Source: the human T2T-CHM13v2.0 reference genome, Homo sapiens
DNA length: 64,000 nt
NCBI RefSeq assembly: GCF_009914755.1
Contig: NC_060936.1
Strand: one strand, 5' to 3'
How positions within the stretch are numbered: the first letter of the stretch is position 1; every line of letters begins with the position of its first letter. The translations under genes and the position numbers were made by a program. Shown piece by piece: positions 1 to 16,898 of this stretch. Under the pieces are notes generated by a model that made no database searches, was not told the origin of the DNA, and was given only the letters and a program-made list of their open reading frames with translations.

Positions 1-938
1 AGAATCTATAAGGAACTTAAACATGTCAACAAGCAAAAAAACAACTCCATTAAAAAATGAGCAAAGGACATGAACAGACACTTCTCAAAAGAAGACATAC
101 AGGTAGCCAACAAACATTAAAAAATGCTCATCATGACTAATCATCAGAGAAATGCAAATCAAAACCACAATAAATACCATCTCACACCAGTTGGAATGGC
201 TATTATAAAAAGTAAAAAAATAATAGATGCTGACAAGGCTTCAGAGAAAAAGGAACACTTACACATTGCTGATAGGAATGTATTAATAAATTAGTTCAGC
301 CGCCATGGGAAGCATTTTGGAGATTTCTCAAATAACTCAAAACAGAGCTACCATTCAACCCAGAAATCCCATTGCTGAGTATATACCCAAAGGAAAAGAA
401 ATCGTTCTACCAAAAAGACACATGCACTTGTATGTCCATCACAGCACTATTCACAATAGCAAAGACATGAAATCAACCTAGGTGCCCATCCATGGTGGAT
501 TGGTTAAAGAAAATGTGGTACTTATACACCATAGAATACTATGCAGCCACAAAAAGAACAAAATCATGTCCTTTGTAGCAACAAGGATGCAGCTGGAGGC
601 CATTATTCTAAGAGAATTAACACAGGAACAGAAAACCAAATACCACATGTTCTTACTTACAAGTGGGAGCTAAATATTGGGTACACATGGATACAAACAT
701 AAGAACAATAGACACTGGGAACTCCAAGAATGGGGAAGAAGGGAGAGGGGCAAGGACTGGAAAACTACCTATTGGGTACTATCCTCACTACCTGGGTGAA
801 GGGGTCAGTTGTACCCCACACCTCAGCATCATGCAATATACCAGTGTAACAAGCCTGCACATGTACCCCATGAATCTAAAATCAAAGTTGAATTTTTTAA
901 AAAGAAATAAAAATAGGTTGTGTTAAAGAAAAAAAAAA
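1..938 (+). mobile_element. L1 3' fragment (ORF2 C-terminus + 3'UTR, L1PB/old L1PA-like)
   Basis: ORF2 end motif (MQLEAIILRELTQEQKTKYHMFLL), G-rich 3'UTR, A-rich tail. Confidence 0.9.
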
Positions 939-2099
939 ACTAGCAGCACAACACGTAAAGTTTAATTCTGACAAGTTAATGAGCCTAGTCACTGGTGAAC
1001 CAAGAGAAAGTGAGGGATTCAACCCAGCAGTGGAACAGGGGTAGGACACAAACAGAATAAGTGACCCATATTAGCAAGGCATATTGCATTTTATCACATC
1101 ACATCATATTTTAGATCTAGTTGCCTAACTCAGAGGCAACTATAGAAAAATTAAATTTGTTAAACTGAAAAGATTATTTTGCTAGATTCCATTGCCAGTT
1201 TTGTTTAGGGGAAGATGAAACCTACCTCAGATGTATTCCCTCGTTATCACTGAAGAGGACCATTCTGGAACCTCCCTATGCTGCTAACGGGGTCATGGTG
1301 TGGTTTGAGTCTCCAGTGCACATTGGAAGATGAGGAGGAGTCTGGGTGGGACCATGAGAGGGTTTTTCTACCACTTAGCAGACAATTTCTTCCAGTCCTA
1401 GTTGCTGTCCTCAGCAATCATTGAGTTCACTAAGCGTAATTTAAAGAGCCAGACTCATTCAGTAATCTAAAAGAAAGGAAGAGACAACAAGCATCAGCCG
1501 AAAGACTCTAAAGAAATCAGACTTAAGTTTGATCAATGTAACATTATGGGTGGTTTAGTTCCACTTCTGTGGGGCTGAAAGTTTGATTACATGGCAAACA
1601 CGACAAAGAACAAGCTTGGAGAATCTGTGGAGTTGTTATTGCTTGGTTTTGTTATTTGAGGATTCTCTTTCTAAATGTAAGACAGTGAAGTGACATACTC
1701 TGAACACAGACCTAAATTTACCCTGTAAGTGGCCTCAAAACGAGAAAACTCAGTCTGAGAACTGGTGAACTGAAAACCAACATAGGAGAAGAAGGCGCTC
1801 AAGAACGCATCCAAGCAAATATTTTCAAAGACGTTTTTATTACTGTTACTTTTTCAAAAACAAAAACAAAAGGGAAGAGGATCCTTCTGTTTACTCAATC
1901 ACTCAACAAAAATTTATCGTCAGCTAACTGCCCGGAACATCAGAGGTGAGTAAGACAGGTCCCTGCCCTTATGTCCTTTAGAGTCCCTGGGGAAGCAGAC
2001 TCTGTCAGAGACCTGCCCTTCCTGTTGTGGCCATCTCTATCACACAGAGCTGGGTCCTGACTTCTGTTTGCCGTGTAGGTTTTCAGTAACTGACAGAAT

Positions 2100-2480
2100 A
2101 CAATAGCAGCTACCATTGATTGCTGCTTACTAAGTGCTTTACAAATGTGATGTCTCTTAAATCCTTAGAACAACTAGGCCTGAGGTAACCTATAGGGGCC
2201 TTGTGCAAACTATAAACAGAACTTCTGCAAGATAGATGCTGTCCAGTGATCTGAGCTCAGGTGGGATGCTAGTCCCTTCTCACCTCTTCCACTAGGTTCC
2301 CTTGTTCACAGGCTGTACAACTGTACTTGATATGCCCATCAAGAATCTAGTTAAGATATCATCAGTCTCATTTTACAAAGGAGGAAACTGAGGTCCAGAG
2401 AGGTTAAATAACTTTTCCAAAGTCATACTCTCTGGAAGTGACAGAGCCTTGACTCAAAGCTGCATTTGTTTGTTTCTGAA
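2100..2480 (-). mobile_element. MIR fragments, probably interrupted by a MER91-like piece
   Basis: MIR core cattttacaaaggaggaaactgagg...gaggttaaataact. Confidence 0.65.
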
Positions 2481-2654
2481 ATGCTGTTGTCTTTCTCTTA
2501 TTCCAATTTGGCTTCTTGTTGTTTTGCCAAGGCCTACCAAATCTCCCCTTGCTGAGGCAATAATAATAGAGTTCCCTAAGAGCCTATTATTTCTTATGCA
2601 TGATTTCCATATGGTCTTAGAAGTCTTCTCCTTCTGTTCTCTCCTACTAACATT

Positions 2655-2974
2655 GTTTTTGTTTGTTTGTTTGTTTGTTTGTTTTTTGAGACAGGGTCTC
2701 ACACTGTTGCCCAGGCTGGAGTGCAGTGGTGTGATCACCGCTCACTGCAGCCTTAACCTCCCTAGCTGAAGCAATCCTCTCACCTCAGCCTCCCAAGTAG
2801 CTGGGACTACAGGCATGCACCATCACACCTGGCTAATTAAAAATTTTTTTTTGTACAGACTAGGTCTCGCTATGTTGCCTAGGCTGGTCTCAAACTCCTG
2901 GGCTCAAGAGATCCTCCCAACTTCCCGGCCTCCCAAAGTGCTGGGATTACAGGAGTGAGCCACTACACCCAGCC
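2655..2974 (-). mobile_element. Alu (AluJ-like)
   Basis: Dimeric Alu, (GTTT)n tail, TSD aacattgtt. Confidence 0.95.
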
Positions 2975-3229
2975 AACATTGTTAATAATATCAAAATGCC
3001 TATTTTTTTTAAACCGATGGTGTGATTTAAATCCAGATCACTTAAACAATACTCAATAAAAATATTTGTAAGCCGTATATAAATCTGCAAGTAGAGGTAA
3101 TACATGTAAGAATGTTAATACATAAATATATACAAAGGCAATTTAATATTTTTTCTAAAATGGCTTTTCCATTGAGAAGATTTGCCTCACTGCTGTCTTT
3201 GCCCACACTATGGTCTTTCAAGGTCACTT

Positions 3230-4410
3230 GTGAATGGGAGTGTTGTGGGCATCAGTCCATTATCAACACCTACCAACTTCACCAAGCTGACCTGTCTGTG
3301 AGTCAAGCTTGAGTTCCTCTCCTCTGTTCGCTAGTCATAGAAAAACCACCATGAAGTCATTGGTGAGAGCCAAGGAAGAGATGTCAGTCAGTGCCACAGC
3401 AGGGGGCTTAGGGAGCCTGGCCACCTTTCCTGCAGCTTATCTGTGCCTTGTGCACCTGCTCAAGCACATTCTCCAGTGTACTGCTTCCTCTTACATTAGA
3501 TTCCGGCTGAGCCCACCTATCCTTGTAACTTGGGTCTTTGAGATCATCTGGCTCATGATGAGCTGTTCTGGCCATATGGCCACTTGGTGTCCCGTGGTGA
3601 AGTCCTCAGCCTATAGGGGCCCAGTAGCCTGCCAGGAGCTGCATTCCACCAGTGTGGAATGTTCCACAAGCAAAACCAAGGGAGCCTAACAAGTGGTGTG
3701 CTTCTTTCTTACAAGTAGGCAGTGAAAGATGCAGCAAACTACTTTTTACTTTGAAGGGGCCATCAGTACATGTCCTGTCCTAATCTGGCAGGCCTCTGGA
3801 TCTTCATAGGGTTAATGTTGTGCCCTCTGGATTATACATATCTATGAAGGCATCTACAGTACATGCCACATCTTGCTCATTATCATGTATCCTCAAAATA
3901 GTAGACCAATGTAATTTTTGTGAAATGACCAGATAGTATAGATCCCTATGACAGAAAATAAGAGAAGAACTAATATAGTCCTGGGGCAATCCTGTGAATT
4001 TATACCATTGTCATTTCCTGCTAATGCAAACTGCATTGATCCTCTTTTTTGATTGGTATGAAAAGACTATTTCATCAGATCAATGATGGCATACTACATA
4101 CTAGAGGCTGTATTAATCTTCTCTAGTAAAGATATCACACCCAGTGCAGTAGCTGCAATTGGGACTACTCCTTTGTTAAACTAAAAAAGTACACAGTCAT
4201 TTACCATCTGGTTTTTATAGATGCGAGAATGGTAACTCAATGGGAACAACTACCCTTGCATCCTTTAAGTCTTTGAGGGTGGCTGTAATCTCTTCTATGT
4301 CCCTTGGAGATGTGATATGGTTTTTATTTACTATCTTGGCTGGATGGGGATTTGGCAGTTTCAGGGGCTTCCATTTGGCCTTTTCTGTTACAATTGCTCT
4401 TACTCATGGG
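3230..4410 (-). mobile_element. ERVL internal pol (reverse transcriptase) remnant, disrupted
   Basis: Minus-strand translation gives VRAIVTEKAKWKPLKLP...EITATLKDLKDA and LPQDYISS, resembling HERV-L RT (KAKWKPLELP, ISATIKDLKDAG, LPQGYINS). Confidence 0.85.
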
Positions 4411-4544
4411 ACTTATAATATTCTAATTAACAAGAAAGTCACAGCTTGAAAAACTAGATATTTCCATCTCTAATGTTATACAACATTATATTATATAAGG
4501 TGCATGTATGCTCACCCTCTCACCTCCTCCTTTTCACTTCAGTT

Positions 4545-4965
4545 ACATTTCAGCAGCTCACTCCAGCTGCTCTGTCAAGCTGTTGTTTTCTGCCCTGAGG
4601 CTTCTCTGATGTAGTCAGTGGGACACCTGCAGCAGCCTTCTTAGCCCTTCTGTCAAATGTGCAAATCTGGAAATAGGAGGAACTGAACACCTTTGACCAG
4701 TGGGGAGAGAAGCCGTGGATAAATCCTTCCATCTTATCTCCCTCAGGCAGACAATGATGAGGTTCATTCTACATGGCTCTTTGGAAGGATTTCTAGAAAG
4801 AACACCTCAGTTTCCCATGGTGGTGGTCAGCTTTATAACCCATCCTTGATTTGGCTTTCCTTCCAGCCCAGTGTCACTCTTCCACCTCCCCCCTCCTATT
4901 CCTTGAGATCACTTACCAAATAAAGCAGCTGTTGTGAGATCTAGTTTCAGGATCTACACTGTGAG
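4545..4965 (+). mobile_element. ERVL LTR (LTR16-like)
   Basis: LTR16-type 3' part: gatcacttaccaaataaag...tcaggatct. Confidence 0.7.
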
Positions 4966-5204
4966 CTTGGTGTGGCACTTTTATATATAGAATTTATACA
5001 TGTTGTTGTACCAAATCAGAAAACACATGTAGGCACTTCAAAGAAAGAATCATGCAAGATCCTACTATCTAGACATAGCTTTCTAGACTATTGTTTATGC
5101 ATCTATTTTTCGAAAAATGGGAAGTACAGTAAGTAAAGTATTTTTGCTTTAAGAAAAAGTATTTTTTGTATTGTAAACATTTTATGTATTGTAAACATTT
5201 TTCG

Positions 5205-5889
5205 TTCATGGTGAGAACATTAAAAATCCTCTTTTTTTTTTTTACTGTTTTGAAATATATAATAAAGTATTACTAACTATGGTCACCAGGCTATGCAATA
5301 ATGGATCACTAGAACTTATTACTCCTAACTGAAACTTTGTACCACTTGACCAATCCCTCCCCTTTCCCCACCACCTCCACCCCCACTGGCCTCTAGTGAG
5401 ATCTCGGCTCACTGCAACCTCCGTCTCCTGGGTTCAAGCGATTCTTGTGCCTCAGCCTCCTGAGTACCTGGGATTACAGGCGTATGACACCACACCCAGC
5501 TAATTTTTGTATTTTTAGTAGAGACAGGGTTTCACCATGTTGGCGAGGCTGGCCTTGAACTCCCAGCCTCAAGTGATCCACCTGCCTCAGCCTCCCAAAG
5601 TGCTGGGATTACGGGCATGAGTCACCGCACCTGGCCTTACCCTCTACTTCTATGAGTTTGACTTTTTTTAGACTCCACAAATAGGTGAGATCATATGGTA
5701 TTTGTCTTTCTGTGCCTGGCTTATTTCACTTAGCATAATGTCCTCTAGTTCATCCATGTTGTTACAAATGACAGAATTTCCTATTTTTTTTTTTTAGGAT
5801 GAACAGTATTCTATTGTGTATATATACCACATTTTAAAACTCACTCATCTGTTGATGGATATGCTGGATGTTTCCATATTGTGGCTATT
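5205..5889 (-). mobile_element. Old L1M(A) 3' fragment, host of nested insertions; resumes at 12401-12427 and 13193-13400
   Basis: L1MA 3'UTR/ORF2-end sequence (gtgagatcatatggtatttgtctttctgtgcctggcttatttcacttagcataatg) continues colinearly after the inserts. Confidence 0.8.
5398..5635 (-). mobile_element. Alu (AluS-like) lacking its 3' end and tail
   Basis: Starts abruptly at gatctcggctcactgc; no poly-T, no TSD. Confidence 0.9.
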
Positions 5890-6118
5890 TTTTGTTTGTT
5901 TGGTTTTGGTTTTTATTATACATTAAGTTCTGGGATACATGTGCGGAACGTGTAGGTTCGTTACATAGGTATACATGTGCCGTGGTGGTTTGCTGCACCT
6001 ATCAACCTGTCATCTACATTAGGTATTTCTCCTAATGCTACTCCTCCCCTAGTCCCCCACCCCCTGACAGGCCCCAGTGTGTGATGTTCCCTTCCCTGTG
6101 TCCATGTGTTCTTATTGT

Positions 6119-9970
<3,852 letters not shown>

Positions 9971-10031
9971 TATGATGCTAACTGGTTATTTGCCTGTTAG
10001 TTGATGCAGTTTCTTCATAGTGTCAATGGTC

Positions 10032-11062
10032 TTACAATTTGGCATGTTTTTGCAGTGGCTGGTACTGGTTGTTCCTTTCCATGTTTAGTGCTTCCTTCAG
10101 GAGCTCTTGGAAGACAGGCCTGGTGATGACAAAATCTCTCAGCATTTGCTTGTCTGTAAAGGATTTTATTTCTCCTTTGCTTACGAAGCTTAGTTTGGCT
10201 GGATATAAAATTCTGGGTTGAAAATTATTTTCTTTAAAAATGTTGAATATTAGCTCCCACTCTCTTCTGGCTTGTAGGGTTTCTGCAGAGATATCTGCTA
10301 TTAGTTTGATGGGCTTCTTTTTGTGGGTAACCCCACGTTTCTCTCTGGCTGCCCTTAACATTTTTTCCTTCATTTCAACCTTGGTGAATCTGATGATTAT
10401 GTGTCTTGTGGTTGCTCTTCTCAAGGAGTATCTTTGTGATATTCTGTGTATTTCCTGAATATGAATGTTGGCCTGCCTTGCTAGGTTGGGGAAGTTCTCC
10501 TGGATAATATCCTGCAGAGTGTTTTCCAACTTGGTTCCATACTCCCCGTCACTTTCAGGTACACTAATCAGACATAGATTTGGTCTTTTCACATAGCCCC
10601 ATATTTTTGAAGGCTTTGTTCATTCCTTTGGATTCTTTTTTCTCTAATCTTGTCTTCACACTTTATTTCATTAAGTTGATCTTCAATCTCTGATATCCTT
10701 TCTTCTGCTTGATTGATTCGGCTATTGATACTTGCGTTTGCTTCATAAAGTTCTCGTGCTGTGTTTTTCAGCTCCATCAGGTGATTTATGTTCTTCTCTA
10801 AACTGGTTATTCTAGTTAGCAATTCCTCTAACCTTTTTACAAGGTTCTTAACTTCCTTGCATTGGGTTAGAACATGCTCCATTAGCTTGGAGGAGTTTGT
10901 TATTACACACCTTCTGAAGCATACTTCTGTCAATTTGTCAAACTCATTCTCCATCCAGCTTTGTTCCCTTGCTGGCGAGGTGTTGTGATCCTTTGGAGGA
11001 GAAGAGACCTTGTGGCTTTTGGAATTTTCAGGATTTTTGTGCTGGTTTTTCCTCATCTTCAT
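10032..11062 (-). pseudogene. L1 ORF1, split into two reading frames
   Basis: Coiled-coil ORF 10589-11062 plus RRM/CTD ORF 10032-10592 (KRPNL...YPAKLSF...YQPLQKHAKL). Confidence 0.95.
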
Positions 11063-11763
11063 GGATTTATCTACCTTTGGTCTTTGATGTTGGTGATCTT
11101 TGGATGGGGTTTTTGTGTGGACATCTTTTTTGTTGATGTTGATGCTATCCCTTTCTGTTTTTTAATTTTCCTTCTAACAGTCAGGCTCCTCTGCTGCAAG
11201 TCTACTAGAGTTTGTTAGAGGTCCACTCCAGACCATGTTTGCCTGTGTATCACCAGCAGAGTCTGCAGAACAGCAAAGATTGCTGCTTGTTCCTTCCTCT
11301 GGAAGCTTTGTCCCAGAGGGGGACCTGCCAGATGCCAGCTAGAGCTCTCCTGTATAAGGTGTCTGTCGACCCCTGCTGGGAGATGTCTCCTAGTCAGGAG
11401 GCACAGGGTCAGGGACCCACCTGAGAAGGCAGTCTGTCCCTTAGCAGAGCTTGAGCGCTGTGCTGGGATATCCGCTGCTCTCTTCAGAGCCAGCAGGCAG
11501 GAATGTTTAAGTCTGCTGACGCTGTGGCCATAGTGGCCCCTTTCGCTAGGTGCTCTGTCCCAGGGAGATAGGTGTTTTATCTGTAAGCCCCTGACTGGGG
11601 CTGCTGCCTTTCTTTCAGAGATGCCCTCCCCAGAGAGGAGGAATCTAGAGAGGCAGTCTGGCTACAGTGGCTTTGCTGAGCTGTGGTATGCTACACCCAG
11701 TTCAAACTTCCCAGTGGCTTTATTTACACTGTGAGGGGAAAACTGCCTGCTCATGCCTCAGTA

Positions 11764-12024
11764 ATGGTGGACGCCCCTCCACCCAGCAAGCTCAAGCATC
11801 CCAGGTTGACCTCAGACTGCTATGCTGGCAGCAAGAATTTCAAGCCAGTGTATCTTAGCTTGTTGGGCTCCGTGGGGATGCGATCCACTGAGCTAGACCA
11901 CTTGGCCCCCTGGCTTCAGCCCCCTTTCCAGAGTAGTGAATGGTTCTATCTCGCTGGTGTTCCAGGCATCCCTGGGGTATGGAAAAAGAAATTCCTGCAG
12001 CTAGCTTGGTGTCTGCTCAAATAG
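11764..12024 (+). CDS. L1 antisense ORF0 homologue, open for 86 codons (translation unproven)
   Basis: gtaATGg start; MVDAPPPSKLKHPRLTSDCYA resembles L1 ORF0 N-terminus MAGAPPPASLPPCSLISDCCA. Confidence 0.55.
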   Translation: MVDAPPPSKLKHPRLTSDCYAGSKNFKPVYLSLLGSVGMRSTELDHLAPWLQPPFQSSEWFYLAGVPGIPGVWKKKFLQLAWCLLK

Positions 12025-12427
12025 TCACCCAGTTTTGTTCTTGAAATCCAGGGCCCTGGTGGTGTAGGCACCTGTGGGAATCTCCTCGTCTGCTGGTTGT
12101 GAAGACCGTGTGAAAAGCACAGTATCTGAGCCAGAATGCACCATTCCTCACGGCACAGTCCCTCATGGCTTCCCTTGGCTAGGGGAGGGAGTTCCTCGAC
12201 CACTTATGCTTCGCAGGTGACGTGACGCCCCACCCTCCTTTGGCTCACCCTCCGTGGGCTGCACCCACTGTCTAACCAGTCCCAATGAAATGAGCCATGT
12301 ACCTCAGTTGGAAATGCAGAAATCACCTGCCTTCTGCATTGATCTTGCTGGGAGCTGCAGACCAGAGCAGCTCCTATTTGGCCAACTTGCCAGCCACTTC
12401 TACTGTGGCTATTGTTAATAATGTTGC

Positions 12428-13192
12428 TGTGAACGTTGATTATGCAAATTATTTAATAGGTCACTCTTGTCATACCCAACTAAAACAGAGTCAAGGTACT
12501 CAGGGCTCATAACATTGCTCCAAGAATGTAATTCTCTGCAAACCTGGCTGCTGAAACTGCCTGCTGTAACCTGAAACCAGTTTTACCTAATGGCTACTCA
12601 ACCTGCTGCAACTCTAAGATTAGTTTTACCCACCACCTTCACTCACCAGTCAGAGCTCCCCAGCTCCCCAGAACCTTCCTAGTGCCAGTGAACATTCTTT
12701 CAACACAATTAAGTAGGGGCTGGGTGTGGTGGTTCAGCCTGTAATCCCAGCACTTTGGGAGGTTAAGGCTGGTGGATCACTTGAGCTCAGGAATTGGAGA
12801 CCAGCCTGGGCAACATGGCAAAACCCCATCTCTACAAAAAAGTATGAAAATTAGCCAGCTGTGGTGGCATGCACCTGTAATCCCAGCTACTTGGGAAGCT
12901 GTAGTGGGAAGATCACCTGAGCCTAGGGAGGTCAAGGCTGCACTGAGCCATGATGACACCACTGCACTCCAGCCTGGGTGACAGAGTCAGACCCTGTCTC
13001 AGAAAACAAACAAACAGAAAAACAATAAGTAACATTTCTTCTTTTATAAAACCTTCAACCTTCTTTTTGTTCTTCAGGCATACTCAAGGAGGACCACCCA
13101 GTCTATGTGTATGTCCTGAACTACAATTCTTGCTTCCCAAAGAAAATGTTTTGAATTAGCAATTTATCTCTAAATTTTATTTGATTTCGACA
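12428..13192 (+). mobile_element. Solo LTR (ERV1-class) split by an Alu
   Basis: TG...CA ends, degenerate 4-bp TSD (ttgc/cttc), interrupts L1M exactly. Confidence 0.7.
12718..13022 (+). mobile_element. Alu (AluJ-like) inside the LTR
   Basis: Dimeric Alu; TSD acaattaagta/acaataagta. Confidence 0.95.
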
Positions 13193-13580
13193 CTTCGATG
13201 AACATGGAAGTGTGGACATCTTTTCCACATACTGATTTCAGTTCCTTTGAATACAGACCTAGAGGGGGGATTGCTGGATCACATGGTTTTCAGTTTTCAA
13301 GGAACCTCCATCTTGTTTTCCAGAATGGCTGTATTAATTTACAATCCCACCAACAGTGTACAAAGGTGCCCTTTTCTCCACATCTTTGCTGACACAATAT
13401 CTTTTCATGTGCCTCCTTGTGATTTTTAAAAATGATTGTGCATGTATAGTATTCTATCACATAGTGCTACCACAATTGATTCAACCACTCTCTCACACTT
13501 AGACATTAAAGTTATTTCCCTCTTTTGTTATTCTAAAGCAATGCTATGATTAACACACATCTATTTAAGAAGTAGCAGTA

Positions 13581-13883
<303 letters not shown>

Positions 13884-13899
13884 GAAGTAGCAGTAAATT

Positions 13900-14160
13900 A
13901 TATCATAGTGGTTGAAAGCATGGGCTCTGGAGTCAAGCTGATAGATGAAAATTCCAAATACTCTACCTGATAGTTACAGAATTTTTATAAGTTTCTTAAC
14001 ATCTCTAAGCCTCAGTCTTATTGTATAAAAGTGTAATACAAATAGGTAATAATAATAGGTTATGTATCATAGGATTGCTATAAACATTCTAAGTTAATTT
14101 ATACAAAGCACTTAGAATAGCACCTGGGTATAACAACCTTTCAATAAAATTTCATCATTA
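13900..14160 (+). mobile_element. MIR
   Basis: atagtggttgaaagcatgggctctggagtca...gcacttagaatagcacctgg. Confidence 0.8.
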
Positions 14161-14185
14161 TTGTTGTCTATTTCATTAGAATTAA

Positions 14186-14551
<366 letters not shown>

Positions 14552-14738
14552 TAAGTTGCTAAATTTAGGCTTGGTATTAATATTCATAAATTAATATTCA
14601 TACCATCATTACAATCAATAATGTTTCTGTGGATGGAAATATGTGGATTGTTTTTCATACAAGAGGCTAAATAGAAATATTCTTAAAAACCTTGTATTTT
14701 GGATTTGGAAATAATGTCAGGAGTCACCTGTTCAATCC

Positions 14739-15155
14739 TGTATCAGTGAGGATAGGCTAGTGTATATGATAGTAACAAACAATCCCATAAGCTCAGTTAT
14801 TTAAAGCAACAATGGTTATTTCTCACTTATGCTACATGTTCATTGTAGTGAAGTGGTTGTGGAAGGGTGGGTGTGTGCTCCTTATAAATCATAGACCCTG
14901 GTTAACAGGAACTCCATCTAGATAGATGCTTCCACACTTCCTGAGGCAGGAAAATGGGAAAATGGCAATAAATGCACTGGCTTTTAAGGCTTCTGCCTGA
15001 ATGAGACCTATGTTAGTTAGTTCTGCTCATATTTCATTTGTCAAATAAGACATTGGCCAACAGCTAACTTCAACAGGGTTAGAGAACTATAATCCTACTC
15101 TGTGTTCAGGAGAGAAGAATCGGTGTATTTGTGAACAGCCTTAATGACTGCCACA
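14739..15155 (-). mobile_element. MaLR LTR (MLT1, old subfamily)
   Basis: tgtatcag...gtaacaaacaatccc start and actgccaca end. Confidence 0.7.
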
Positions 15156-15381
15156 AAATCACTTGGGTTTTGGTTTATTTTAATTTTTTAAATTTAAATG
15201 CTATTTATTTTTTGAAATAGGTAATATATTCACATGGTTCAAAATTGAAAAGTCACAAAATGTTATACAGTGAAAAGCCTATGTTTTTCTATCTTCTTCC
15301 TTCCCTGAAGCCAACCAGTGTTAATAATTTTCTTGTGTTTCTTCTAGAGATATTCTATACATATACCATATTGGCAAAAAC

Positions 15382-15385
<4 letters not shown>

Positions 15386-15426
<41 letters not shown>
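15386..15426. repeat. (TG)n microsatellite
   Basis: About 20 perfect TG units. Confidence 0.98.
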
Positions 15427-15429
<3 letters not shown>

Positions 15430-15432
<3 letters not shown>

Positions 15433-16068
15433 TGACTCTCCTCTGTTTGCCCTCAGATCCATTATCCACCCCTTATGGATCTGTTCTGTGCCCTAGGGAG
15501 TTGACATTTATAAATGCATCTCTCAAGTTCCCTTGCCCTCTCACTTATAGTTGAGTTTGGCCAATGGGAGACATCAATAGGAGATTGAAGAGCAGGAGAG
15601 GAGACTGTTTGGGCTACCCCTCCAACTCCCTCTGCTTTAGAGCTACAGTTGGGGCAGTGATTAAGTCTCTCTTTAAACACAGCTCTTGCTGGGTAGCCCT
15701 TCCTCTGGGTCTTCATCTCTCACAGATCTCTGATAACACTGTTCCTTTTCTTGCCCCATAAGCCATATGAATGTTAATGACTCCCTGCCATTGCTAGTTC
15801 ATCCCTGGGGGAATCACCCTCTCTTTCTCTCTTATTAAAACAGCTTGATGGAGATATAATTCACATGTCATACAACTTACCCACTTAAAGTATACAATTT
15901 AATATCTGAATATCTTCTCATATATTCACAGACGTGTCAGCATCTCTTTGTATTTCCTTAAACTTGTTTACACCTTTGTAAATAGTCCCTTCATTGAATT
16001 TTCCTTCTGTTTCTTAAGGAAACAGAAAGCATACAGAATGCTTTCTGTTTTCTGCTGGGACCCTGTTC
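15430..16068 (+). mobile_element. ERVL LTR (LTR33-like) with a short L1M insert at about 15830-15930
   Basis: gagtttggccaatgggag; cacctttgtaaatagtcccttcatt; ctgctgggaccctg. Confidence 0.65.
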
Positions 16069-16175
16069 CAAGAGGGCAGCAACCATTCTGCGTTGTAGAT
16101 ACTAAATGAATATTTGTTTCTTGAATACATAAATGCATTGAATTTGTTAATTTGAATTTAAATTAATTATACACA

Positions 16176-16898
16176 CAGTGGTATGCTGGCTCTGGCTCAC
16201 ACCAACTCAGGAGAGCCAATTGTTTAATTTATAGGAATTTTGTGAGTTGGTTATTAAACACAGCCATTGTTTAAAAATAACTTACTTTATTACTTTAATA
16301 AGTTAAATAAGTTATAAAAAGCTAATAACTACTAAAAATTAATCACTTCCAAATCATTTTACTACATTTCACTATTATCTGTGCTCTTGAGATTATTTGC
16401 ATCTGCTGTATCCGTATGGTAGAAATACTATATAACGATGCACATAGAGATATGCGTGTCTCTTCCCAACTCTGTATTCCATGATGACATGTTGATATCT
16501 TGAAACTGGCTATTTTGGGAGTATTTTCACCACAGAATTCAGCAAATGATACAAATCAGGACTTAATTTTTTGTTTTGTTGATAATCTATTTTTTGTTTT
16601 GTTGATTATCTATTGATTTTTTGTTGATTATCTAGACTTAAGAAAATGATGATAAAAATGTTAATAATACAAATTAAACTTCAAAGTTTATCATTGTGAA
16701 TAACTGAACAAAAAGTTGAGGAGTTATCCTTCCAGTATTTGAAATTAATATCTGATTCAGCAAAGAGATCATGCATGTCATTGATGTACCAGTGAAGCTC
16801 CAAAATATGTCTTTTTCATTTTCATCTTTTTTGTCTACCAGCATTTATGAATCTACACTTGTGGGGCTGGTTGTTGCATATTTACCAGCACAGTACTG
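16176..16898. mobile_element. MER63-like hAT (Blackjack) DNA transposon
   Basis: TIRs cagtggtatgctgg / ccagcacagtactg; degenerate 8-bp TSD tatacaca/tatataaa. Confidence 0.8.
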
